NCBI GenBank assembly: GCA_016182495.1
Contig: JACPGK010000019.1
Span: 1 to 63,545, forward strand
Direction of reading: 5' to 3'
Origin: Candidatus Kerfeldbacteria bacterium
GTDB lineage: Bacteria > Patescibacteriota > Patescibacteriia > UBA9570
Length of the DNA stretch: 63,545 nt
In this document: piece by piece, positions 36,216-45,923 of the stretch
How the letters are laid out: each line of letters opens with the position of its first letter
Position numbering within the stretch: position 1 is the first letter of the stretch
Notes under the pieces: model-generated
Seen by the model: only the letters and a program-made list of their open reading frames with translations
What the model was told of the DNA's origin: nothing
Database searches by the model: none
Program-made: the position numbers and the translations under genes

Positions 36216-37156
36216 GGCCAATTGTTGAACGGGCACGTTTGCATCAGCCTGAAATTAAGCAACTACTGCAACGAGCTGAAACAACGCCAGCCGTCGAGCA
36301 TAGGTTATTTAGTCCTGAAATAGCAGCCTATTTGATGTATTGGAAAAAAATTCTGAATCCTAACTCAAAACCATATACCACCATTTATCCTGGAATGGGG
36401 CCAGATGTAGCCACCGCCTTATTGACCCAAAACACTACGAATTTTCATGGATTAGATCGTCACCCAGTGCTGGCTGAACGATTACAATACTACAAGAATC
36501 GCTGGGATGATTTAGGAGTGATAGAGAAAGTGTATTGTGATGAGCCGCGTAGAAGTACAGAAAGTATAGATCAATGGCAAGAAGAATTTGAAGCAGATTT
36601 ACAATATCATGAAGAAAATGGTTATTATGGCGCGACTCGATTACCAGTATGGAGTCTTGAACGGTTATTATTACTTGAATTGCAAAAACTTGATGTGACC
36701 AAAGATTCAATTGTAATAAATCAATTAGCAGGTAAAACGACAGTATCATTTACTTGGGCTTATCCCAATGAAGCCTCGCAGCCCCGTATTATTACTTTTC
36801 ATACTGCTGATATTAGTACACTAGCTAGTTTTCAAAGGGGATTACCTCGGGCTGATTGTATTATGCAGAAAGCACACATGGACGAAGGAATTGTGAAACG
36901 GTCTGCTATATTAGCAGAAGCGCGTGATCACTTATTATTGCCTAATGGACGCTTACTAATTACACCGTCTTCCAATGAATCGTCAAGAGCAACTCAAAAA
37001 ATTGATCGCAAGCATTTTTTAGATATGCTACGCTTAGATTTTAATTTAGTTCGACCGCCATTATCATTACAAAAATTACTAACCGATGAAGATGGTAAAT
37101 TACGAGATCCCTATGGTTGGTATTTTATCTGTGCTCAAAAACGTGCACAATTATAA
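36206..37156 (+). CDS. hypothetical protein (316 aa)
   Basis: Overlaps the msrA stop by 10 nt. The weak motif TIYPGMGPDVATALL resembles SAM-MTase motif I, but this is not conclusive. Confidence 0.65.
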   Translation: MDMRPIVERARLHQPEIKQLLQRAETTPAVEHRLFSPEIAAYLMYWKKILNPNSKPYTTIYPGMGPDVATALLTQNTTNFHGLDRHPVLAERLQYYKNRWDDLGVIEKVYCDEPRRSTESIDQWQEEFEADLQYHEENGYYGATRLPVWSLERLLLLELQKLDVTKDSIVINQLAGKTTVSFTWAYPNEASQPRIITFHTADISTLASFQRGLPRADCIMQKAHMDEGIVKRSAILAEARDHLLLPNGRLLITPSSNESSRATQKIDRKHFLDMLRLDFNLVRPPLSLQKLLTDEDGKLRDPYGWYFICAQKRAQL

Positions 37157-37248
37157 ATTAACCATATACCCATACTATCTTTATATAGTCGATTAGTGTA
37201 TACTGGCTGCAGTAAAAATTAAACAAATTTATTATAATAAATTTATAT

Positions 37249-39555
37249 ATGATGAAACGATTTGCTTTTAGCAGCTGGCTGGCTGCTGTAACAGTTATTT
37301 TTTTGCCAGTCACAGTTCAAGCAGTAACCGCCATAACTGATACCACCCTCATTCAACTCACTGGCCAAACGGCCGATCAAGCCGGTCGATCAGTAGCCAC
37401 CGGTGATTTGAATGGTGATGGTTTTGATGATTTGATTATTGGGGCGATTGATGCAACTAATCCTGGTAGTGTGTATATTATCTATGGCTCAACTGCCGTG
37501 CTCACAACCCAAACTTTATCAGCCACTGCCCCAGTAGTTGAATTAACTGGCGCTTCAGCCACGGATGAGTTGGGTATTTCCTTAGCTACCGGCGATATTA
37601 ACGGTGATGGTTATGACGATGTACTAGTAGGCGCCGATTTAGATGATGGTGCTGCCATTAATGCTGGTACTTTTTATTTAATTTATGGTAGTACTACGCA
37701 ATTAACTTCTGGCACCATTGCTGCGGTCAGCGCTAAATTCACCGGTGAAACCACGGTTAGTGGTAACGTTGGCATATCAGTAGCCGCTGGCGATGTAAAT
37801 AATGATGGCTATGATGATATGGTGATTGGGGCGAACAAAAATAACGATACTGGCGCAATTGCTGGCGCAGTGTTATTGATTTATGGCCAATCAACTCAAT
37901 TTACTTCGGCTACTTTAACGGCGGCAACTGTTGTACAATTTAGTGGCAAAGCAAGTTCAGATTTAACTGGAACCATCGTGCGCACTGGTGATGTTAATAA
38001 CGATGATTTTGCTGATATTCTGATAAGCGCACCACAAAATGTTGATTGTGCTGTTGGGGGAAGTAGTAAATGTGGCACAGTATTTTTAATGTATGGCCAA
38101 TCTGCTGCTTTAACTAGTACAACAATATCAAGTTCAACCATTGCGTTCCGGGGAGAGGCCGCCAACGATACGTTTGGCAGCATTGCTACCGGCGATATTA
38201 ACGGCGATGGCTATGACGATGTAATGATGGGTGCCAGCGCTAATGATGATGGCGGCAGTGATGCTGGCGCTGCTTATATTACCTATGGTCAATCAGCCAC
38301 TCTGGCAACTACCAGTGCCTCTACGTTAACTGAATCAACTGGCATAGCAGCTGGCGATAATGCCGGTGGCCCTGGTTTAATGATGGCCGATTTGAGCAAC
38401 GATGGTTATGCTGATTTATTGGTGGGAGCGCACAAGAGCGATGATGGTTCAACTGATGGTGGGGCATTATTTGTCACCTATGGCTCTGCTAGCACCTTTA
38501 CTGGTACTGCTTCATTAGGTGTGGCTTCAGCCTTTGAAATTACCGGAACTAGTGCTAGTGAAAATTTAGGTCGAGCTGCCACCACTGGTGATTTGAATGG
38601 CGATGGTTTGTTGGAATTAATTATCGGTGCGCCAGCCTATTCATCTGGAGTTGGTGCAGTGTATGTTGGTTATGTTAGTATGGATGCCGATAACGATGGT
38701 GAATTAGCCTCAACTGGGTTAGTGTTTACCGGCACCGACTGTAACGACGCCGATGCCACCGTGACAGCCAACCAAACCTACTATGCCGATAGTGATGCCG
38801 ATACTCTGGGTGACCCAGTCGTTACCACTATGGTGTGCAGCAGCACCGCCCCAGCTGGCTACGTCGCCAATGCCACCGATACCAACGATACCATCCCAAA
38901 TAATGGGGTAGAAATAGGCAACGATAGCATTGATAACGATGGTGATGGTAGTATTGATGAAGCCAATACCACTACGGAAAATGGAGCTCACCCCTACTAC
39001 AGTACTCTGGATAGTACCGATACCGCAGTTGTTGCTACGGCAATCACTGCTATTACCGCTACCACGGATGGATTAGTGCAAGTAACCTATGCCGATAACT
39101 CGGTGTACACCTTTAGCGCCTTTACCGGAGGAGATGACGCTCTAGCAGTGGCCCAGTACCAAGACACTGGCTATGTGTTGGCGTTGCAGTCAACCGGTAA
39201 AAACCTAGCCTTATTAAATGTTCTCACTGGCGTGGTTGATACAACGGTAACGCTATCCAAAACCAAACGCTATAGTGTCAATTCCCTCAAACTGCTCGAT
39301 GTCCGTAACGATGGTGCCGTGGAAGCCGTTATCACCTCACGCAGTAAAGCCAAAGTCTTACTCTCCATTGTCAAAGTGAATCTGGCTGGCACCACCCTAA
39401 AAAAATACGATAGTGTTACTGCCACCAATAAAAGTGTCACCCCCTCAAAAACCACTGTCAAGAAGAAAACTCTGTTATTAAAGTCGAAGAAGGGTAAAGC
39501 GTTATTGACCTACAACGTCACCAAGCAGTACGCTTTGAAATTAGTGAGTAAATAG
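37249..39555 (+). CDS. secreted FG-GAP (integrin-alpha-like) repeat protein with basic C-terminal beta-module
   Basis: 768 aa with a signal peptide and at least 7 repeats of ..GD(L/I/V)NGDG(F/Y)DD(L/V)(I/L/V/M)(I/V/M)GA.. followed by G..Y(I/L)IYG. Confidence 0.85.
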   Translation: MMKRFAFSSWLAAVTVIFLPVTVQAVTAITDTTLIQLTGQTADQAGRSVATGDLNGDGFDDLIIGAIDATNPGSVYIIYGSTAVLTTQTLSATAPVVELTGASATDELGISLATGDINGDGYDDVLVGADLDDGAAINAGTFYLIYGSTTQLTSGTIAAVSAKFTGETTVSGNVGISVAAGDVNNDGYDDMVIGANKNNDTGAIAGAVLLIYGQSTQFTSATLTAATVVQFSGKASSDLTGTIVRTGDVNNDDFADILISAPQNVDCAVGGSSKCGTVFLMYGQSAALTSTTISSSTIAFRGEAANDTFGSIATGDINGDGYDDVMMGASANDDGGSDAGAAYITYGQSATLATTSASTLTESTGIAAGDNAGGPGLMMADLSNDGYADLLVGAHKSDDGSTDGGALFVTYGSASTFTGTASLGVASAFEITGTSASENLGRAATTGDLNGDGLLELIIGAPAYSSGVGAVYVGYVSMDADNDGELASTGLVFTGTDCNDADATVTANQTYYADSDADTLGDPVVTTMVCSSTAPAGYVANATDTNDTIPNNGVEIGNDSIDNDGDGSIDEANTTTENGAHPYYSTLDSTDTAVVATAITAITATTDGLVQVTYADNSVYTFSAFTGGDDALAVAQYQDTGYVLALQSTGKNLALLNVLTGVVDTTVTLSKTKRYSVNSLKLLDVRNDGAVEAVITSRSKAKVLLSIVKVNLAGTTLKKYDSVTATNKSVTPSKTTVKKKTLLLKSKKGKALLTYNVTKQYALKLVSK

Positions 39556-39556
39556 G

Positions 39557-40576
39557 TTATAGGCCACTAACTGTCATCAAGCGCTCGGCGTTTTTATAAG
39601 CAAATTTTTCTTGTACAGCCGGATCCAGCCGAGCAATAAAAGCCCGACCATAATTGGCTAATGTATAGCCGACGTTTCTATCAAAAGTCCACACTGCATC
39701 ACCTCGATCGGTACTCCACAGAAAGCGATTGGGGTGGGCTTCAATCAGTGGTTTCCAGGTAGCTAGGTCGATGGCCATAATAGTTTCAAAATCTGTAAAG
39801 CCATCCAAAAAAGCTTGTTTAGTGCCGTCGGCCCGCAGTAAATATTGATCGCCATACAACATATCAACCGAATAGTAGATATTCGAATACTGATCCATTA
39901 AGTTACTAATATCATTTTGAATTTGATCGCCGTGCACTAAAAAATTAATATCAGGATTATCCGCTAAAGTTTCTTCAAAATTATCAACTTGATTATCACC
40001 CGGATGAAAATAAACCATCAACTTATGCTGTCGCACCACTGGATAAATTTTTTGAAAAATAGTGGCATCGGGCGCATAATCATCGGCCCTGCGATTCGGC
40101 AGATCATATAAACCAATTTCACCATAGCCCTGAAACAAGCCACGATTATGCTTGAGCATTTTTTTTAATTTGGTCGCACCCATGGTTGGTGGTACATCAT
40201 CCTTACCCGGTGGCATAATAAAGGGGACAAACCGTTTGGGATACCTAGCCTCGGCTTTATGGGTCCAATCAATAAAATTTTGATAAGAGAAACTGGTAAA
40301 TACTGGAAAGAAAGCAAAAATATTGCTAGTGCCTTCAGATTTTAGTGTGCAATCAATATCGGCTAGAGTGACATTATTTCCTAACACTGGACGAGGTGGT
40401 TCAATATCGAGTGGGGATGGAATATGGAAATGTGAATCAATTAATCGGCCATCATAGTATGGTTTCCAGCTTGCATCGCGATGATTACGGCTAGGCGAAC
40501 ACTCCGAAGCCTTGGCTGGTAAGATAGAACTTACCACGAGCACCATCCCTAATACACTCACAATCAAAAGACGCAT
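39557..40576 (-). CDS. secreted metal-dependent (amidohydrolase-fold) hydrolase, putative
   Basis: 339 aa with a signal peptide, an H-x-H motif (LIDSHFHIPSP), and later FHPGD / LVHGD / WSTDRGD motifs compatible with a TIM-barrel amidohydrolase_2 fold. Confidence 0.6.
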   Translation of the reverse strand: MRLLIVSVLGMVLVVSSILPAKASECSPSRNHRDASWKPYYDGRLIDSHFHIPSPLDIEPPRPVLGNNVTLADIDCTLKSEGTSNIFAFFPVFTSFSYQNFIDWTHKAEARYPKRFVPFIMPPGKDDVPPTMGATKLKKMLKHNRGLFQGYGEIGLYDLPNRRADDYAPDATIFQKIYPVVRQHKLMVYFHPGDNQVDNFEETLADNPDINFLVHGDQIQNDISNLMDQYSNIYYSVDMLYGDQYLLRADGTKQAFLDGFTDFETIMAIDLATWKPLIEAHPNRFLWSTDRGDAVWTFDRNVGYTLANYGRAFIARLDPAVQEKFAYKNAERLMTVSGL

Positions 40577-41439
40577 AGAATACGCTTAAGAGCTTTAACT
40601 GTTTTGTTTGAGAATGAAAAATCAAGCGACGTTTCAACACCAGCCGCTGGAGCAATTTTGGTACATTCTTCTATGGTTTTCTTTTTGACGCAAAGTTTAA
40701 CCGTGTCGTTATCAGTTAAGGTTTGCAAAATGATAAAACTGGACGCACGGCCTTTTGTATTGGTAGTAACCTTTGTTACCGTGGCATTCGTTTTTAAATT
40801 CAGCAGGTCTACTTTTTCCTTATTGACTTTAATATACACTTTAGCATCGTTCACCGGTTTATTTTTAGCACTTAAGGCCCGCACCTTCACCGTGGCAAAA
40901 CTATCGGTAGCCGCAGCAAATACAAAGTTATCAATCCGATTAAAACCAGTCACATTGGAAATATACAGTTTGACGGTTTTACCTTGAGCAGTGACCGGAA
41001 CGCCGATGGATCCATCTTCCCAGTTATCAGCTTGATCAGAAAAGGTTTGTTGGGCATACACCTCACCGCTATCAACATCTGTTAGCGTGATGGTAAAAAC
41101 GCCATCATACACCTCATCGCCAGTGTCATCCTCGGTATTGTAATAGCCAAAGCTTAAGGTATCAACAGCACTGGGCACGGTAACATTTTGATACAATCCA
41201 GCTTCATGGAAAATGTAAAGATAGCGAATGCCATCCGGTGGTTGCCTGGTTTTATCGCTGGTATACACTTGATAATCAAACGCATTACCGGCCGTGCATT
41301 TTTCATCACACTGCCAGGTGGTGTCATCGAAGTCTTCAAAGGAATGGTTGGGAATAGCAGCACTGGCCAAAGCTGGTGTTGGAGTATACATAGCCAATAG
41401 ACTGAATATGATCAAGGTAGAATAATATAGTTTGTTCAT
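40564..41439 (-). CDS. secreted protein with basic C-terminal beta-module (hypothetical)
   Basis: From MNKLYYSTLIIFSLLAMYTPTPALA (signal peptide); overlaps the downstream hydrolase gene by 13 nt. Confidence 0.7.
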   Translation of the reverse strand: MNKLYYSTLIIFSLLAMYTPTPALASAAIPNHSFEDFDDTTWQCDEKCTAGNAFDYQVYTSDKTRQPPDGIRYLYIFHEAGLYQNVTVPSAVDTLSFGYYNTEDDTGDEVYDGVFTITLTDVDSGEVYAQQTFSDQADNWEDGSIGVPVTAQGKTVKLYISNVTGFNRIDNFVFAAATDSFATVKVRALSAKNKPVNDAKVYIKVNKEKVDLLNLKTNATVTKVTTNTKGRASSFIILQTLTDNDTVKLCVKKKTIEECTKIAPAAGVETSLDFSFSNKTVKALKRILCVF

Positions 41440-41577
41440 AGTAGGCATAGTAAGCAAATGGTGTTAAATATACTATATATAATATACTACATTGCCGGGT
41501 AACGCCAAACTACTATGAAAATTGAATATACATAGCGTAGTTGCCAAAAGGGGACAGATCAGCGATAATAGTAGTAT

Positions 41578-42381
41578 ATGAATAAAGTTTGGCTAGTAGG
41601 GTTATTGCTGTTATCTGGTTGTTCGCTGTGGGATACTCCTAAAATCGAAAATACAGCACTAACTTGCGGCGGCATTGCAGGCATAACCTGCCCAGATGGA
41701 TATGTGTGTTACTACCCAGAGCAGGCTACTTATCCTGATGCCGCGGGTCAGTGTATTCCCAAATATGTCGATCGTGGTAGTGTCGGGGTAGGTTGTCCGG
41801 TAACGGGTCCTTTTGAAGTGGGTTTTGATTCGAGTGAACGGGAATGTGCCTGTCCGGCAGGCTATACTAAAAACAGCGACATCATTGGATATGAAAACTG
41901 TTACGATGGTGCTGAATGTCCCATTTTAGAAGTAGAGTGTGTCAAAGCAGCTGATGCACCGATTGAGGTGGGACCAAGTGATGATGATCTAGTGAATCTT
42001 GTCGATCAAGGCCAGCTGTACAACGCAGACTATGATTTTATCATTACAGTCGGAGTCGATCACGCAGCCAACCTTACTGAAGTGGCTATTGTTCCGTTTG
42101 AGGGAGTAACCGCTACCTACATTTATTGTTACGATACAACTGAAGCTGATTACGCTTCAACGAACTGCCCGGAAACCGCTGTAGAAGCCTTTCGGATTAA
42201 CATTTATACCACGGAACAGTATCAGGCAATAGCCGATGCACCTGGTAGTGGTACTATGATTACTGCAGTGGTTGGGTATGTTTACGAACTGAATCACCCC
42301 AATGGATTACTGCCAGCCGATGTTCCAGCTGATGATACGTTCTACGATACTATTATCAATAGCTTTCATTTTGCTGGTTAA
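41578..42381 (+). CDS. Cys-rich lipoprotein (hypothetical)
   Basis: 267 aa with the lipobox LLLSGC and multiple Cys pairs (CGGIAGITCPDGYVCYYP..GQC). Confidence 0.7.
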   Translation: MNKVWLVGLLLLSGCSLWDTPKIENTALTCGGIAGITCPDGYVCYYPEQATYPDAAGQCIPKYVDRGSVGVGCPVTGPFEVGFDSSERECACPAGYTKNSDIIGYENCYDGAECPILEVECVKAADAPIEVGPSDDDLVNLVDQGQLYNADYDFIITVGVDHAANLTEVAIVPFEGVTATYIYCYDTTEADYASTNCPETAVEAFRINIYTTEQYQAIADAPGSGTMITAVVGYVYELNHPNGLLPADVPADDTFYDTIINSFHFAG

Positions 42382-42392
42382 CTATCCGCAGA

Positions 42393-42518
42393 CTAAGATT
42401 TTTTGTCTTTTTTAGCTGCCAGCATGGCCGCCTTAATGGCTAGACGTTTTTTTGTCTTGTGGGGATGTTTTTTGTTTCTGGTTTTGATGCTGCTAAGGGA
42501 ATGACGTCGTTTGGCCAT
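42393..42518 (-). CDS. candidate small highly basic protein (41 aa)
   Basis: Not in the track: MAKRRHSLSSIKTRNKKHPHKTKKRLAIKAAMLAAKKDKKS*. Ribosomal-protein-like composition in an otherwise empty 200-bp gap; no family recognised. Confidence 0.35.
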   Translation of the reverse strand: MAKRRHSLSSIKTRNKKHPHKTKKRLAIKAAMLAAKKDKKS

Positions 42519-42586
42519 AAAAATGTGTGTGAGTAATTATTGTGGTTATCATACACTACATTTGCTGTTTAGCTCAATACTATATC

Positions 42587-42904
42587 TCATGGAGATAACT
42601 CATAAATATCAATTACAACTTCTTCATACGGATGGACGCGTCGAATGGCTGCTACTATGGTTGTTACTTGCTCACGTGAGCAGGCTACTTCAATGCGTTC
42701 TTCCGCAACCTCATTTATTGTATCCACTTCCCCAATAGCAGGAGTAGCCTTCGTATTTGGCTTAAAGCGACCAGTACCTGTTACAGAAAAACTGCAAAAA
42801 GTATAATTGCCAATCTGGCCAGCCCCGGCTTCACCCATGGCTTGGCGCACTTGATCGGCGTGTGTGGTGGGAACGAATACAACCAAACGAACCAGGTTAG
42901 ACAT
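42587..42904 (-). CDS. YqfO C-terminal-domain-like PII-fold protein (COG3323)
   Basis: 105 aa: LVVFVPTTHADQVRQAMGEAGAGQIGNYTFCSFSVTGTGRFKP...PAIGEV......E.RIEV........V.AIRRVHPYEEVVIDIYEL, a close pattern match to the Nif3/YqfO insert domain. Confidence 0.7.
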   Translation of the reverse strand: MSNLVRLVVFVPTTHADQVRQAMGEAGAGQIGNYTFCSFSVTGTGRFKPNTKATPAIGEVDTINEVAEERIEVACSREQVTTIVAAIRRVHPYEEVVIDIYELSP

Positions 42905-42987
42905 ATCAACAGTATACTATATACTGCAGTAGATATGAAGATTACTAGCCGAAATAAAATTTTTGCAGTTCAGTCGTAGTGTTTGAC

Positions 42988-44238
42988 TTAAAATTGTTCA
43001 AATTGTACGGTCGTGCCACCGCTACAGCCGTTTGTTCCGGTAACAGCCAAGGTGCCGATCATTAATGAATCGGACAATGCTGTGACGGTCCAGCTACCGA
43101 ACAGATTATACGCACCAAGCGACGGGTCAGAGACTGTCCCTAACCAGAGCAGCGGCCATGACGTGTATAGGTTGCTCTCTACTGACGTTTGTGTAAGAAA
43201 AAGATCACCCGGTGAACCATCAAAGTTCAGTTGCATTTGCGCGGGACCGCCGCCAGTAATTGAGAGTGTACTAAAATTAAAGGGAAGGTCAGCTACATTG
43301 GCCGGATTGACTACACTAGAACCGCAGGCCAGTGGAGCATATTGCACATTCCAACTGCCTTGATGCGGTACATATATCGGTGGACCTGACGGCGCTTGTA
43401 AAGTCATTTCAATTGGAAAATCACCACTACAAACATCACCTTGGAGATGCAGAGTTCCCTTCATGATTTCTTGATCAAGCACATCAAGCTCATACGATAC
43501 TGTGCCGTAATCACTGGCTTCTGGAATCGGGAAGTTGTAGGGGAGTGTTTCATAGTGCGGACTGGCATACCCTTGACGAGTAAAGTGAATAGCCGCAGAT
43601 GCTGTACTTAAACTGGCGGTGAAACCGTAGTTACTGGTAGCGAACTGCACCGGACCTTCAGCGGTAAAGCCACCAGTCGCTACGGCGCAATCTAAATTAG
43701 CCGAGCTCTGGGTAGCTTTGTAATTCCACTGACCAGATGTGGGATAAAGCGTAGTGGGGTTATCGGGCAGGGTAAACATAAGATGGTAGAAATTTGACCC
43801 ATCGGTTTCAATTGGTGGTTCTAATCCACCACTATTTACATCGTCAACAGTGATTCCAATATAATTCAGTGTACTAATATCCTCACCTACGATACAGCTA
43901 GCATCATCAATTGTACTGTCTAAAATTCGTTTCTGACCAGTTGCATTAAAGGTGTGCAGCTCGATATTTCCGGGTTCACGATCTATCCATGTCACCGCAC
44001 AGTTTCCATTTGGCGCTATGATTAATTTTAATTTGTTGGTGACATAAACCCAACTGTTACTAATATCAGTTTGTTCGATTTTTTCCTGGCCGTTGATGCC
44101 GGTGGCTTCTTCAATCGTAGCCGAGTTATTTTGGGTAAGTCTCCAACCGATTGCTAACGTTAATAAAAGCCCAATACCAATAATAATCGCCAGAGTAGTT
44201 TTGTGACTTTTTAGGGGATTAGTATTACACACCACCAA
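42988..44238 (-). CDS. membrane-anchored/secreted protein (hypothetical)
   Basis: 416 aa with an N-terminal TM/signal anchor; third gene of a tightly packed three-gene secreted-protein operon. Confidence 0.7.
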   Translation of the reverse strand: MVVCNTNPLKSHKTTLAIIIGIGLLLTLAIGWRLTQNNSATIEEATGINGQEKIEQTDISNSWVYVTNKLKLIIAPNGNCAVTWIDREPGNIELHTFNATGQKRILDSTIDDASCIVGEDISTLNYIGITVDDVNSGGLEPPIETDGSNFYHLMFTLPDNPTTLYPTSGQWNYKATQSSANLDCAVATGGFTAEGPVQFATSNYGFTASLSTASAAIHFTRQGYASPHYETLPYNFPIPEASDYGTVSYELDVLDQEIMKGTLHLQGDVCSGDFPIEMTLQAPSGPPIYVPHQGSWNVQYAPLACGSSVVNPANVADLPFNFSTLSITGGGPAQMQLNFDGSPGDLFLTQTSVESNLYTSWPLLWLGTVSDPSLGAYNLFGSWTVTALSDSLMIGTLAVTGTNGCSGGTTVQFEQF

Positions 44239-45922
44239 TCACTAAATACATAAAATAAAATGTATCAGTACTATACACTTCATTAGTTTCGGCATCGTAC
44301 AACTCTACTTGTCCCAACCCAAATAATGCATAACTGGCATCTCCAGCTGATACTTGCGCACTGGCATCTTCCGTCATGGCAGAATTCACTTTATTATTTA
44401 ACAAAGTTTTCATCGGATCGGCGTAATCTCCCATGAGCGTGTCAAAGAAATCATCCAAACCGATTAATTCTAAAAAGTCTCCAATCCAGTCAGGCATAAT
44501 CATATCTGGTACTAATACAGCAGTAGTCACAGTTTTAGAATTATGGGCCGATACTGCCACCGAACGGGTATCGATCACTTCATACCCTGGTAACGTGGCA
44601 TTGGCATACTCTAATAGTTTGCTTCGTATTCCTTTTGGATCACCATCAACCTCGGCACCTACATCAGCTAACACCGACACTTGAGGCAAACTTAATGACG
44701 TTCTGATTTTTAGATTAGCTTGTTCGCCTGGATTACTCACAAAGTAACGCAAACCTACATTGCGTCCAGCGAAGTATACTGGAATGGTATCTTGATTATC
44801 CACTAAAATACCTGGCTTTACTTCCTGCACCACAAAATCTTCATCAGCATAGGCTACGGTGCTACCGTCGGCGCTTACGCCCACCGCTCCAGGAAAAGTT
44901 GGTCGATCAATTTGTACAGCCCGATGCTTGTTTTTAGGATAATCCCAGTCAAAAAAATAGGTATAATAAAGACCTTCGGCTACAGTAACAAATTTACCAT
45001 TGCTTGACATCTGCATATCCGTTTCTTGTCCGGCTGGTGAAAAAGTCCACTCCACCTTACCGGTTCTGTTTAAACCAAAGTATTCGTCGTTGGTTGTGAG
45101 CATAATACGCTCACCGGAATTTGATATTTGAACACGTGGTGTGTTATACGACGAAAATCGTTTACGCCAAGTTACATTTCCTCCGGCTAATCCCACTCCA
45201 CGCAAAAAATAAATATCAGTACCGAGTTTACCATCATCTAATACCACATACGCGCGCCGTCCATTATTACTAAGACCAGCCGTATACACTTCAACGTCAG
45301 TCACCTTTTCCCAAGTAAAATTATCACTCACTATATCCATTAAGCCGTAGCTATAGCTGGTAGCGGCGATGGCTTGTTTGCCATCTTCAGTCATATCAAC
45401 CACATTTACAAAACCGCCATCGGCAAATGTCCAATAGCGAACAATTTCACTGCTCGATCGATCCCAGGACGCTACCCCAGATTGACGATTTCCAGCCAGC
45501 ACTGTGTTGCCATCTTCAGAAATATCGCAGGTATCCCACACTCGGTAATCATCGTCAAACGCCCACAGCAATGCTTCATTTTCGATATCCAGCAACCACA
45601 CTCCTCCACCACACACCACAGCCGTGGTGCCATCGCCAGACAGATCGAGATCAAAAATGTTGCTATCGCCAATATCGTCAAACGTCCACACCGGTTCGGT
45701 AGTATTTAAACCAAACACTACTACTTCATCACTGGCTACAACACTGGTACCACCAACTGCGGCAATAACCGTACCATCGTTTGATACTGATGTATTGGTG
45801 AGATGGTAATTATCTTTACTGTGGCTGTACGTGTACGAGACATAATCAGCCTGGCTAACCAGCGGTACGGCTAAGACCGTTGTTGAGATAAGTAGTTGAA
45901 AGACAAAACTTATTTTTTTCAT
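44225..45922 (-). CDS. secreted repeat protein, probably beta-propeller
   Basis: 565 aa with a signal peptide and recurring strand motifs (VWTFDD, LLWAFDD, RYWTFADGG, FTWEKV, VTWRKRF, VEWTFSP), suggesting PQQ/WD-like blades. Confidence 0.7.
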   Translation of the reverse strand: MKKISFVFQLLISTTVLAVPLVSQADYVSYTYSHSKDNYHLTNTSVSNDGTVIAAVGGTSVVASDEVVVFGLNTTEPVWTFDDIGDSNIFDLDLSGDGTTAVVCGGGVWLLDIENEALLWAFDDDYRVWDTCDISEDGNTVLAGNRQSGVASWDRSSSEIVRYWTFADGGFVNVVDMTEDGKQAIAATSYSYGLMDIVSDNFTWEKVTDVEVYTAGLSNNGRRAYVVLDDGKLGTDIYFLRGVGLAGGNVTWRKRFSSYNTPRVQISNSGERIMLTTNDEYFGLNRTGKVEWTFSPAGQETDMQMSSNGKFVTVAEGLYYTYFFDWDYPKNKHRAVQIDRPTFPGAVGVSADGSTVAYADEDFVVQEVKPGILVDNQDTIPVYFAGRNVGLRYFVSNPGEQANLKIRTSLSLPQVSVLADVGAEVDGDPKGIRSKLLEYANATLPGYEVIDTRSVAVSAHNSKTVTTAVLVPDMIMPDWIGDFLELIGLDDFFDTLMGDYADPMKTLLNNKVNSAMTEDASAQVSAGDASYALFGLGQVELYDAETNEVYSTDTFYFMYLVIGGV

Positions 45923-45923
45923 A

